A program made the translations under genes and the position numbers. Below are positions 1 through 9,282 of a stretch of 64,000 bases of DNA, one piece after another. Each line of letters starts with the position of its first letter. Positions within the stretch are counted from its first letter, which is position 1. Location: positions 1-64,000 of IMG/VR virus record IMGVR_UViG_3300020050_015887; one strand, given 5' to 3'. The notes under the pieces were generated by a model that worked only from the letters and a program-made list of their open reading frames with translations, was not told where the DNA came from and made no database searches. Origin of the DNA: a virus (Duplodnaviria > Caudoviricetes).

Positions 1-171
1 GTAAATTCTGAATTGTATTTAAAACGTAATTATTTTGTTGATGATTGTTTAACTTTAGAAATAACCAAAATTTTAAATCCTAAGATTATTGAATATGATA
101 AAGAACAAATTACTTTAAAAAACGAACAATTTTTATTAATTGAAGAAATTAAATTTTATTCCAAAAAATAG
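1..171 (+). CDS. 3' end of hypothetical protein (partial)
   Basis: Frame 1 is open from base 1 to TAG at 169-171 (VNSELYLKRN...FYSKK); not in the supplied track. Confidence 0.45.
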   Translation, partial: VNSELYLKRNYFVDDCLTLEITKILNPKIIEYDKEQITLKNEQFLLIEEIKFYSKK

Positions 172-188
172 ACTACTAGGAGTGTAAA

Positions 189-719
189 ATGAAACCGTAT
201 TTAGCTTTAGACATTGAAACCACCGGTATTAATTTAGAAAAATCTCAGGTTATTCAATTGGCCGCTGTTTTTGTTAATCCTGGTCAACCGGAGTTGATTT
301 ATAATAAAATTATTTATCACAATGTGTTGCAATATGGTGAAAGTTTTGCCCTTGGTATGAACGGGTGGATTTTTGAAAGTATGCATAAACCAGGTGATAT
401 TCCAGTAGCATACCCAGAAGGTGCTAAAAGTCAATGGATGGATTTTATTGCAATGTGTTCAGAGTTATCCGGCGGAAAGATTACAGTTGCCGGTAAAAAC
501 GTAGCAGGATTTGATTTGCCTATTTTAAAAAATAATGGGTTTAGTGTAGATCAGTTTAAACATCGCGTTATTGACGTAGGAACACTTTATCTGCCAGATT
601 TTGGATATGTTCCAACACTTAATGAAATTAATAAACTTAATGGTAGAGAGGTTGTTTCACACAACGCATTAGATGATTGTTATGATGTAATTGCGGCAAT
701 CAACAAAAAAGTTTTATGA
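189..719 (+). CDS. DEDDh 3'-5' exonuclease (DnaQ/oligoribonuclease-like)
   Basis: ExoI ALDIETTG, ExoII GKNVAGFD, ExoIII SHNALDD; GGAG RBS upstream. Confidence 0.85.
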   Translation: MKPYLALDIETTGINLEKSQVIQLAAVFVNPGQPELIYNKIIYHNVLQYGESFALGMNGWIFESMHKPGDIPVAYPEGAKSQWMDFIAMCSELSGGKITVAGKNVAGFDLPILKNNGFSVDQFKHRVIDVGTLYLPDFGYVPTLNEINKLNGREVVSHNALDDCYDVIAAINKKVL

Positions 720-994
720 ACCATATTTGCTATAAATTATCGTATTTTTTTCACTCAGAAGAAAAATGTGTTATTATTAAACCTGAACAAATAAATATTT
801 TACGTGCTGAATATTTTAAAATGTTTGGTTGTTCAATTTCTGAAAAAAGTATAGATTATGATATTTATTGCACAAAACAATATGGGTTTGTTGAAGTTTT
901 AACCGTAAACTGGTCACATTTAATACAGGTTGTAGATAAAAAAATTACTTTTATGAATGAAATTAATAACTCTATTGAAAAAGTTTTAGCCTAA
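716..994 (+). CDS. small protein of the C-terminal-motif family (ends INNSIEKVLA)
   Basis: ATGA overlap with upstream gene; C-terminus matches the shared motif. Confidence 0.75.
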   Translation: MNHICYKLSYFFHSEEKCVIIKPEQINILRAEYFKMFGCSISEKSIDYDIYCTKQYGFVEVLTVNWSHLIQVVDKKITFMNEINNSIEKVLA

Positions 995-995
995 C

Positions 996-1151
996 ATGAA
1001 ACCTTATTATTTATTTGCTCAATCTGGGTTTGTTAAAGTTTATAAATCGTTTTCTGGTATTACAATTGAATCTAACTTAATTTCTTTTAATAAAGAACAG
1101 TTGATTAAACAACTAAAAGAACTTATTGTTTATTTGGAAAAACAAAAATAA
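996..1151 (+). CDS. small hypothetical protein (51 aa)
   Basis: Read by eye: MKPYYLFAQSG...YLEKQK; fills the gap exactly and has a TAATG overlap with the next gene. Confidence 0.55.
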   Translation: MKPYYLFAQSGFVKVYKSFSGITIESNLISFNKEQLIKQLKELIVYLEKQK

Positions 1152-2047
1152 TGCAACTAACCTTAGATTGGGGTAATCCCACATTTTTATCTGAATATTG
1201 GGAAAATAAACGGTTACAAACGTTTGACATTTCCGTTAATAATGATTATATTTACGGTAATCTTCCAAAATTAGAAAAAAATATACGAGAATTACATAAA
1301 AATCAAAAAAATTGCAAGGTTGACGGTAAGTACATTGTCATTGGTAACGGTGCAACGCAGATTTTGTCCGGTTTAATGCACGTTTTAACCGATTATAATA
1401 AAGTTTATGCTAAAGCGCCTTACTTTTCACGATTTCCTGTCCTAGCAAACATGAATTTTATGACTTGGGACAAAGAAGAACACAAAAAATCTTTACAAAT
1501 TATAACTTATCCAAACAATCCCGATAATTCTACAGAAATTTGTGTAAAATCTGATAAAATCATCTACGATTTAACTTATAATTGGTCAACTTATTGCAAA
1601 ACTATTAATTTTGATGAGGATATTAGTGTTTTTAGTTTATCAAAAGCAACAGGGCACGCTTCTGCACGGATTGGATGGGCGGTTCTTGAGGATAAGCAAT
1701 TAGCCGAAGACCTTAAAAATTATATTGAGCACAATTCTAATGGAGTTAGTTTTTATTCACAAGAAATTGCTTGCTTTTTGATAGAAAATTGTGTAAAATA
1801 TGAAGATAATGTATTTTTGTATGGTAAAAAAGAATTAGAGTATCGTTGGAATGTTATTAAGAGCTTAAATCTACCGTTTGAAGTATTAAATTCATCAGGT
1901 ATGTTCCTTTGGTGCAAAGGAGAATGTCCAAAAGAGTTAATTGGAATGAATGGTAGTTGTTTTGGTGTTTCTAATGAGTATTTTAGATTAAATTTAGGTA
2001 CTACTGATAAAAATATTAATAAATTGAAAGAAATGTATGGAAGATAA
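1151..2047 (+). CDS. PLP-dependent enzyme, TAA1/alliinase-like (fold type I)
   Basis: LDWGNPT..EYW, IVIGNGATQI, TYPNNPD, YDLTYNW and PLP-Lys motif FSLSKATGHASARIGWA. Confidence 0.8.
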   Translation: MQLTLDWGNPTFLSEYWENKRLQTFDISVNNDYIYGNLPKLEKNIRELHKNQKNCKVDGKYIVIGNGATQILSGLMHVLTDYNKVYAKAPYFSRFPVLANMNFMTWDKEEHKKSLQIITYPNNPDNSTEICVKSDKIIYDLTYNWSTYCKTINFDEDISVFSLSKATGHASARIGWAVLEDKQLAEDLKNYIEHNSNGVSFYSQEIACFLIENCVKYEDNVFLYGKKELEYRWNVIKSLNLPFEVLNSSGMFLWCKGECPKELIGMNGSCFGVSNEYFRLNLGTTDKNINKLKEMYGR

Positions 2048-2258
2048 TAAACAACCCCAAAAAAGAGTGTGTAAAAATTGTTTAAAAGAAGATTTTCGTA
2101 TTTTAGCTGGTAAATGGGGTAAGGATAAGCGTTTTGTTAATTTAGATGGTAAGAATTGGAATGGTAATGTGTGTCCTTCATGTAATACCGTAAGGGTGCG
2201 TTATAAAATGCGGGAACGTCGAGAAAGGGATAACAGTGGAACAGGAAATCAAGCCTAG
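2037..2258 (+). CDS. small zinc-binding protein
   Basis: CKNC...CPSC pairs; basic C-terminus. Confidence 0.6.
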   Translation: MEDNKQPQKRVCKNCLKEDFRILAGKWGKDKRFVNLDGKNWNGNVCPSCNTVRVRYKMRERRERDNSGTGNQA

Positions 2259-2577
2259 TACAGAAGTTGTTATTAAAGACCAAACTGAGGAAGTTGAGAT
2301 TTTAGCCACTCGTGTTAAACAATTTCAACTGATTCTTACCAATGCTGAAAAAGTCTTTGTAACTTTAGATGATGAGGTTACAAAAACAGAATATCTAAAA
2401 GAAATTCGACCTTTGGTTAAGGATTATGAAAAAATCATTTTAAAAACCAAAACTACGTTAGAAGAACATTTTAAATGGGAAAAAAAAGAAAATAGTCCTA
2501 TTAATTTTTCTTTTCGTAAACTATATAAGTTTATGGACAAAGAACACAAAGGTTTTTTAGCTGCTAAAGGATATTAA
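2236..2577 (+). CDS. hypothetical protein
   Basis: GTG start with GGGA RBS; tight packing. Confidence 0.55.
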   Translation: MEQEIKPSTEVVIKDQTEEVEILATRVKQFQLILTNAEKVFVTLDDEVTKTEYLKEIRPLVKDYEKIILKTKTTLEEHFKWEKKENSPINFSFRKLYKFMDKEHKGFLAAKGY

Positions 2578-2984
2578 TGAATTTTTATACCATTGTAAAT
2601 GGTGAAACACACACTACTATTTCTATAGATAAAAAATATAAAAATGTTATTTATTTGTTTTTAAATGAACTTGAAAATGATTTTGATTTTATAAATAAAT
2701 CTAAAAATGTTTTTCCAGATCATGGTCATAATGAAAGATTAGACGCCGGTAGTATTGTTAGAATTTATAGGTATAAAAAAGAGTTAGCAGAACAATTTTT
2801 AAAACAATCTGTTGAATATTGTGTAGCTAAAGAAGAAAAACGAAAAAAGCAAAACAGATTTCATTTTTCTATTAATCAATTTGATCCAAAAATTATTATT
2901 ATTAACAGTAATGATGAATTTGAAAAGTTTAATAAAAAATGGTTGTCTTTTATAACTGATTTACAAATTAAACAGTTAATTTAA
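2577..2984 (+). CDS. hypothetical protein; weak match to C-terminal-motif family (FITDLQIKQLI)
   Basis: TAATG overlap; C-terminal amphipathic helix. Confidence 0.55.
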   Translation: MNFYTIVNGETHTTISIDKKYKNVIYLFLNELENDFDFINKSKNVFPDHGHNERLDAGSIVRIYRYKKELAEQFLKQSVEYCVAKEEKRKKQNRFHFSINQFDPKIIIINSNDEFEKFNKKWLSFITDLQIKQLI

Positions 2985-3454
2985 ATTTTAAAGATTCTAT
3001 TTTTGGTTGGTCTAGATTGTAAATGTATCCATTGAATCGTCTTAGTTGGATCTTCCATATATAAGTCGCATTGTTCTAATACTTGTTGATTAGCCAATAC
3101 CCATTCTTTAATTTTCCCATCACTATCTCTAAAATCTACCGCTTGACAAAATAAATGAGCACTGTTCTTAGCTCCTCCGGCCTTACTGTTAAACGTTCCA
3201 GGGCGATATCCGCTTGATACTACTAAGGGCTTACCATAAGCTTGTCTAAACTCATTTAAACGCTTCCACAAAATATCTAGATTAGCTTCTAATTCTGGTG
3301 TCAAAGGATATTCTTTATCCCTACCCATTAATATTTCTTGTTTGGTAATAAGATTATAATTTTTTGGCGTTTGGATTACGTTTGATGTTGCGTTTGTTTT
3401 TTTTGTATTTAACAGTATCTTCAGCAATAGGTTCAGCATAACCGCATACCCCAC
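2981..3454 (-). CDS. peptidase M15 family endolysin (start may be ATG 3439)
   Basis: SSGYRP...GGAKNSAHLFCQAVDF...WIHLQ zinc-peptidase motifs. Confidence 0.85.
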   Translation of the reverse strand: MGYAVMLNLLLKILLNTKKTNATSNVIQTPKNYNLITKQEILMGRDKEYPLTPELEANLDILWKRLNEFRQAYGKPLVVSSGYRPGTFNSKAGGAKNSAHLFCQAVDFRDSDGKIKEWVLANQQVLEQCDLYMEDPTKTIQWIHLQSRPTKNRIFKI

Positions 3455-3566
3455 ATTTCATATAATATTCAAATTCAGGGTGTTCTTTTAATAAAGCCAC
3501 CTTGCATATAGGACAAACCCCGCCATTTGATATAGTTTTCATATAATAAATGTTATTATTAAACAA
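3354..3566 (-). CDS. possible zinc-ribbon protein overlapping the endolysin 5' end
   Basis: CPIC...KCGVCGY; overlaps the M15 ORF in another frame. Confidence 0.4.
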   Translation of the reverse strand: MFNNNIYYMKTISNGGVCPICKVALLKEHPEFEYYMKCGVCGYAEPIAEDTVKYKKNKRNIKRNPNAKKL

Positions 3567-3605
3567 AATGTACTTTATAAGCGCATCTCTTTAATTAAAA
3601 CGATG

Positions 3606-3627
3606 AAATTTTAACATTTATATATAG
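3606..3627 (+). promoter_or_regulatory. putative late promoter motif copy
   Basis: aaatTTTAACATTTATATAtag upstream of the packaging operon. Confidence 0.5.
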
Positions 3628-3739
3628 ATACTATGAGATTTATCAAATACTAACAGTCATTTTTATGACAAAGGTTTGAAAAAATAACCAAGTAATAGAG
3701 TAGTTTACGATAATAATCTCTTTATAATTAAAGGTTTAT

Positions 3740-4009
3740 ATGAAAAATGACGTTACACGCGTTATTATTTTGTCGTCTTTTGTTGTTTACTTGACAAAAG
3801 CGTTATTAACTACTCCTTCTTTTGCCGACGCTTCTATTCTTCTTATTTTAGGTGCGTTTTACGGATATATGGAATTTAAAGCCGATAAGATTGAACTAAA
3901 TCAAAACCGTATTCGCCTAGACGAAATTGAGGCTAAATTACTTGATTTAGATAAAAAAGTTAGCACGGTTAAAGTTGCACAAGGATTTAAAAATTTAGGA
4001 CAGAGATAA
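3740..4009 (+). CDS. membrane protein with coiled-coil tail
   Basis: Two hydrophobic stretches, then a heptad-like segment; AAGG RBS. Confidence 0.65.
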   Translation: MKNDVTRVIILSSFVVYLTKALLTTPSFADASILLILGAFYGYMEFKADKIELNQNRIRLDEIEAKLLDLDKKVSTVKVAQGFKNLGQR

Positions 4010-4012
4010 TAA

Positions 4013-4417
4013 ATGGCAGATATCACGGAAATTTATAAACAATTTAAAACCACCGCTGAGCTACAACAATATTGTAATAGCCAATATAAAACGATTTTAG
4101 AATTAACAAAAAAACTTCAATTACTTGAAGATGAGAATAAACATCTAAAACAATTGTTTGATGGTAGTACGGTTATTGTTAATAAAGTTGATAAGTATAA
4201 AGAATATTCAAATGAAGAAGCCGTTTGCATGGAACAAATTGATCGTTTAAAAGAAGTTTCTACAGCCAGAGAACTTTCATATGAAGAAGCCAAAAAATTA
4301 GATATTTATACCAAATTGTTATTAAACATTCAAAGTAAAAAATCTCAAGAAGAAACTGGTTTGAGTTCAATGAATGAAGCAGATTTATTAAAGAGTTTGG
4401 AAAATGGCAAATCTTAA
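4013..4417 (+). CDS. putative terminase small subunit
   Basis: Helical protein directly upstream of and overlapping terL; assignment by position only. Confidence 0.45.
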   Translation: MADITEIYKQFKTTAELQQYCNSQYKTILELTKKLQLLEDENKHLKQLFDGSTVIVNKVDKYKEYSNEEAVCMEQIDRLKEVSTARELSYEEAKKLDIYTKLLLNIQSKKSQEETGLSSMNEADLLKSLENGKS

Positions 4418-5846
4418 TTCTCAACTTGCTAAACAAGAATTGTGGCGTCGTGGTAATTTATCTTTTAAATTAGACCCAGCGCAAAAAGATATTGTAAAAA
4501 AATTAAACGATAATAACCAAAAAATTAATGTGGTGTTATCTTCTCGTCGTTTGGGTAAATCTTACATGGCTTGTATTCTAGCCGTAGAAACGTGTTTACG
4601 TAAACCCAATTCCAGTGTTAAGTTTTTAGCTCCAACTAAGTTAATGATTGAATCTATTATTACACCGTTGCTAAATCAAATTTTTGAAGATTGTCCGGAG
4701 AAACTTAAGCCTGGAAATAATAAAAGTAAATACACATATCATTTTCATAATGGAAGTCAAATTCAATTAGCTGGGTCTGATGGTGGACACGCAGAAAAAC
4801 TTCGTGGTAGTTTTGCTGATCTTTGTATTGTAGATGAAGCTGGGTTTTGTAAGGACCTTACTAATACGGTTAGAAGCATTCTTATTCCTACAACTCTTAA
4901 CACCAAAGGTAAGATTATTCTTATTAGCACACCACCTAAAGAAGTAGACCATGATTTTGTCACTACGTTTTTAGAAGAAGCAGAATTAAACGGAAGTCTA
5001 ATTAAAAAAACTATTTTCGATAACCCCCGTATTACAAAAGAAGAGATTGACCAAATTTTAGTAGCTTATCCGGGCGGAATTAATAACATTGAATTTAGAC
5101 GTGAATTTTTATGTCAAATTATTAAATCGGTTGAAGATTCTGTGCTTCCGGAATTTGATGATGTACTTATTGAAAAAATTGTTAAAGAATGGAAAAAACC
5201 ACCTTTCTATGATGCATACGTTGCAATGGATATTGGTGGTAGAGATTTAACTGCCGTTGTATTTGGTTATTATGATTTTATTAAATCAAAGATTATAATT
5301 GAAGATGAATTAATAATGGATTTCCAAGAACAAAGTAATACAATTAAAAAACTTTGTGATGATATTTATAATAAAGAAAAAACACTTTGGGTTGACCCAT
5401 TAACAAACGAATTTATTAAACCGTATTTAAGAGTTTCAGATATTAACTACATTGTTACTGAAGAAATTTATAAAACAAGTGCTGGACGAGTTAATTTTGT
5501 CACTACTAAAAAGGATGATAAAGAAGCCGCAATTAATAACCTAAGAGTTATGTTGGGAAGTGAAAAAATTATTATTAATCCAAAATGTAAAAATCTTATT
5601 AGACATTTAAAAAACGTTAAATGGTCTAAAAATAAATCAACGTTTAAAAGAAGTCCAGATAATGGACATTACGATTTAGTCGATGCTTTAGTGTATTTTA
5701 CTCGAAGTGTTATTTATAATAAAAATCCGTACCCGTCATATTATAACATGAACACAAAAGATTTAATGGTGTTAAAAGAACCACGTAAAAACAATGAAAA
5801 TACGGTTAATGCTTTTAAAAAAGCTTTTAGAATTAAAGGAAAATAA
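4404..5846 (+). CDS. terL: terminase large subunit
   Basis: Walker A-like SSRRLGKS, Walker B IVDEAGF, coupling motif ISTP, RNase H-like VAMDIGG and HYDLVDAL. Confidence 0.92.
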   Translation: MANLNSQLAKQELWRRGNLSFKLDPAQKDIVKKLNDNNQKINVVLSSRRLGKSYMACILAVETCLRKPNSSVKFLAPTKLMIESIITPLLNQIFEDCPEKLKPGNNKSKYTYHFHNGSQIQLAGSDGGHAEKLRGSFADLCIVDEAGFCKDLTNTVRSILIPTTLNTKGKIILISTPPKEVDHDFVTTFLEEAELNGSLIKKTIFDNPRITKEEIDQILVAYPGGINNIEFRREFLCQIIKSVEDSVLPEFDDVLIEKIVKEWKKPPFYDAYVAMDIGGRDLTAVVFGYYDFIKSKIIIEDELIMDFQEQSNTIKKLCDDIYNKEKTLWVDPLTNEFIKPYLRVSDINYIVTEEIYKTSAGRVNFVTTKKDDKEAAINNLRVMLGSEKIIINPKCKNLIRHLKNVKWSKNKSTFKRSPDNGHYDLVDALVYFTRSVIYNKNPYPSYYNMNTKDLMVLKEPRKNNENTVNAFKKAFRIKGK

Positions 5847-7870
5847 TGATTGCAGGATTAAATAACTCAGCTACATATTTTGCTAGCGATAAACCAGAAG
5901 CCCTGGCACACGAGTTAATGGACCGTTCTAAGGGTTTTTATCAAACAATGAAAGCCAACCTATACCTCACCAAGATGGCAGCGTGCTGGCGCTTCTATCA
6001 CGGTATTTTTGCTGCTGGTTTTAATACCGACCACCAAGTGTCTTTTACTGGTGAACAAGGCGAACTAGTAAACCTTCCTGTTAACCATTTTCGTAATATT
6101 GCACGTCATATGTATGTGATGATTACCTCTAATCGTCCTTCAATGGAAGCACGAGCTATTAACACAGACGCTAAATCATTGGCTCAAGCAACTCTCGCAA
6201 ACGGAATTTTAGAATATTACATGCGTGAAAAAGGTTTAGAAGAAGCACTGAAACTTGCCGTTGAAATGTCTATTGTATTAGGTGCTGCGTTTATTAAAAT
6301 GGAATGGAACGCTACTGGCGGAGAACCGTTTGATTTTGACCCTGAAACTGGTGAGTACAATTATGAAGGTGAAATTGAGTTTTCTAACCTTTCACCATTT
6401 GACGTGGTGTTTGATGGTACAAAAAACACCTGGTCTAATGAATGGATTTTAACTCGTACTTTTAAAAACCGTTTTGACCTTGCTGCAAAATATCCTGAAC
6501 TAAAAGATAAAATTTTAGATCTACCAAATAAAGCAAGCATTGACATTTATCGTTTAAGCTTGTGGTCAAATGATAAAACAGATGATATTCCAGTTTATGA
6601 ATTTTTCCATAAACGAACAGAAGCATTACCTGAAGGTCGATATTTATTATTTTTATCTGATGATATTATTTTATTAGATACCCCAATTCCTTATCGCTCA
6701 CTTCCTGTATTTAGAATTGCTCCAGAAAACTATATTGGAACGCCGTATGGTTATACGTCAATGTTTGATATTTATCCAATTCAAGAATGCATTAATAGCT
6801 TATCTTCAGCTATGATGTCAAACCAAGAAGCAACTTCTGTACAAAGTTTTTATATTCCTAGAGGTGCAGATTTAGATGTATCAGCACTTGAAGGTGGAAT
6901 GACTATTATGGAAGGTAATGCTAAACCTGAAGCCATTAACCTTGAAGGTACTGCTGACTCTACTTTTAAAATGTTAGATTTAATGATTCAAACAGCAGAA
7001 ACATTATCAGGAGTAAGTAGCGTCACTAGAGGCAATCCTGAAGCATCATTAAAATCAGGAACAGCATTGGCTCTTGTACAATCAATGTCATTACAATTTA
7101 TCTCCGGCTTACAACAAAGCTATGTAAGTTTAATCGAAGATGTTGGAACGGCTTTGGTAGTTTATCTTAAAGATTTTGCTAAAGCACCTAGAGTTGCAGC
7201 AATTGTTGGTAAATCTAATAAAACCTATCTAAAAGAATTTACCGGTGATGATTTAGATAGCATCAACCGTGTAATTGTTGATGTTGGTAATCCATTAGCA
7301 CGTTCTACTGCTGGTAGAGTGCAGATGGCAGAACAATTATTACAAATGAAGCTTCTTAAAAACCCAGAACAATATTTTCAAATTATTAATACGGGTAAAT
7401 TAGAAGTTGCTTATGAAGGTGAACAACATGAGTTGTTATTAATTAAACAAGAAAACGAACAACTAATGGTTGGTAATAGTCCTGTTGTTTCTCCTTTAGA
7501 TAAACATAGAGCACATATTAACGAACACAAAGCTGTAATGGCCGACCCTGATATTCGTTTAAATCCGCAATTGCGTGGTGCTGTTATGGAACACATTCAA
7601 AAACATTTGGATGCGTTGCGGACAGTAGACCCAGCATTACTACAAATGATTGGTGAAGAACCTTTACCACCTGTTGGAATGCCTGGTATGCCTCCTGAAC
7701 AGGGTGGTGGTCCTCAAGGTGGGGGTTCAATGGAAGGTATGATGAGTGCTCCAAGTTTAAATTTACCAACAAATGAACAAGCTATGCAAGAAGCCGGTTT
7801 ACCCCCACTTCCAAAACCAGCACCGCCACTTGAAAATCTACCAGTGACGCCTGATCAAATGCCAGTATAA
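5846..7870 (+). CDS. portal protein
   Basis: Follows terL; 674 aa with P22/podovirus portal-like features (NHFRNI, SGVSSVTRG, SGTALAL); Pro-rich C-terminal tail. Confidence 0.85.
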   Translation: MIAGLNNSATYFASDKPEALAHELMDRSKGFYQTMKANLYLTKMAACWRFYHGIFAAGFNTDHQVSFTGEQGELVNLPVNHFRNIARHMYVMITSNRPSMEARAINTDAKSLAQATLANGILEYYMREKGLEEALKLAVEMSIVLGAAFIKMEWNATGGEPFDFDPETGEYNYEGEIEFSNLSPFDVVFDGTKNTWSNEWILTRTFKNRFDLAAKYPELKDKILDLPNKASIDIYRLSLWSNDKTDDIPVYEFFHKRTEALPEGRYLLFLSDDIILLDTPIPYRSLPVFRIAPENYIGTPYGYTSMFDIYPIQECINSLSSAMMSNQEATSVQSFYIPRGADLDVSALEGGMTIMEGNAKPEAINLEGTADSTFKMLDLMIQTAETLSGVSSVTRGNPEASLKSGTALALVQSMSLQFISGLQQSYVSLIEDVGTALVVYLKDFAKAPRVAAIVGKSNKTYLKEFTGDDLDSINRVIVDVGNPLARSTAGRVQMAEQLLQMKLLKNPEQYFQIINTGKLEVAYEGEQHELLLIKQENEQLMVGNSPVVSPLDKHRAHINEHKAVMADPDIRLNPQLRGAVMEHIQKHLDALRTVDPALLQMIGEEPLPPVGMPGMPPEQGGGPQGGGSMEGMMSAPSLNLPTNEQAMQEAGLPPLPKPAPPLENLPVTPDQMPV

Positions 7871-7882
7871 TAAAGGAATAAA

Positions 7883-8611
7883 GTGTTATTAAGAAAACTT
7901 GGAATATTTACCTTAGCCGCAGTTGCTTTTCTTTATCTTGCTAATAAAGAAGAAATTCATCGTTATCAATTGCGTTCTCAAATGACAGAAGCAACTGTTA
8001 TGTTGATAAATCCAACAAAAGGCGGTGGAACCGGGTTTGCTGTTGAAACAGAAAACGGTGGTAAATATATCCTAACTAATGACCATATCTGTGATTTAGC
8101 TGAAGAAGATGGCACGATTTTTGCTAAAGAACAAGATGACCTCATTCCTTTAAAAATTTTACACCGTTCTCCATACACCGATTTGTGTTTAGTATCACCT
8201 TTATTATATAAAACCCCTTTACAATTAGGAAATCATTATTATATTGGTGAAAAGGTATTTATTGCTGGACACGGACGCCTATATGATGATACAATGACAG
8301 ATGGTGAAATAGTACAAAATAAAAGAGTTATGGTGGGTGTACGAGAAGTGGACACTAAAGAAGAGTGTGAAGTATTACCAAAATATAAATACGTTGAAGT
8401 CAACATGATGTTTATGGCACTAAAAATATGTGCTATTGAAGTTGACGCAATGATTACTACCGCGCCTATTCTCCCAGGCAACTCAGGTTCTCCGGTAGTT
8501 AACCGAAGTGGTGAGCTAATAGGAGTAGCTTTCGCTTCCGGTTCTAATGACATAAACAGGGCATGGGTAATACCGCTAAAATCAATTCAGGATTTTTTAA
8601 AGCATTATTAA
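7883..8611 (+). CDS. trypsin-like (S1) serine protease with N-terminal hydrophobic anchor
   Basis: GGTGF, LTNDHIC (His), TDLCLV (Asp), PGNSGSPVVN (Ser); GTG start with AAGGA RBS. Confidence 0.88.
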   Translation: MLLRKLGIFTLAAVAFLYLANKEEIHRYQLRSQMTEATVMLINPTKGGGTGFAVETENGGKYILTNDHICDLAEEDGTIFAKEQDDLIPLKILHRSPYTDLCLVSPLLYKTPLQLGNHYYIGEKVFIAGHGRLYDDTMTDGEIVQNKRVMVGVREVDTKEECEVLPKYKYVEVNMMFMALKICAIEVDAMITTAPILPGNSGSPVVNRSGELIGVAFASGSNDINRAWVIPLKSIQDFLKHY

Positions 8612-9102
8612 GTGTTGTTTTTTGTATTTCTTGTTCTCAACAACAACCTGTTGTAATTGATGACCGAGATTTATTATTGGAACAATTTTTAAGTGCAATT
8701 AAAAAAATTGAATCTAGTGATGGTAAGTATATTAACCACGCTATTATTCAAAAAGGACCATATAAAGGCTATGCCGCGATTGGTTCCTATGGTTTATTAC
8801 CAACAACGGTAAGAGAATTAGTAGATACATATTATAAATCGTTTTTAGTAATTAGACATTGTTCTGATGAAGATTTTGCATATTTAGTTGTTGCTAATCC
8901 AGCAATTGAATATTTGTTAGCTAAAAAATTAGCTATAAAAATTCTAGAAAAAAACAATTATAATTTAATACGCTCCGCTTATGCGTGGAATGTTGGACAT
9001 AATAAAGATTTAAGTAAAATAAGTGAAGAAAAAATTTTAAATAATGTTAATGCTAAAAAAATGAAAGAGATTTTAACTCCTTCTATTTTTAGTGTATTTT
9101 GA
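8563..9102 (+). CDS. lytic transglycosylase-like protein
   Basis: IKKIESS (catalytic Glu), AIGSYGLLPTT and AYAWNVG resemble SLT motifs I-III; hydrophobic N-terminus ending in Cys. Confidence 0.65.
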   Translation: MGNTAKINSGFFKALLSVVFCISCSQQQPVVIDDRDLLLEQFLSAIKKIESSDGKYINHAIIQKGPYKGYAAIGSYGLLPTTVRELVDTYYKSFLVIRHCSDEDFAYLVVANPAIEYLLAKKLAIKILEKNNYNLIRSAYAWNVGHNKDLSKISEEKILNNVNAKKMKEILTPSIFSVF

Positions 9103-9111
9103 AAGGTTAAT

Positions 9112-9279
9112 ATGAAAAATCCTACAGATAATACTTTTTCTGGTATAAAAGGTCTTCTTAAAGAAGGTTATAGCAAAAAGAAAATGGGCAGTGAAGCCGC
9201 TGTACCTAAACAAGTCAAAAAAATTAAGTTTAAACTATTAGAAGGTTTAAACAAAGGTAATAACTTTACCAAAAAATAG
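9112..9279 (+). CDS. small basic protein (55 aa)
   Basis: Read by eye: MKNPTDNTFSG...NFTKK; AAGG RBS. Confidence 0.5.
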   Translation: MKNPTDNTFSGIKGLLKEGYSKKKMGSEAAVPKQVKKIKFKLLEGLNKGNNFTKK

Positions 9280-9282
9280 TTA

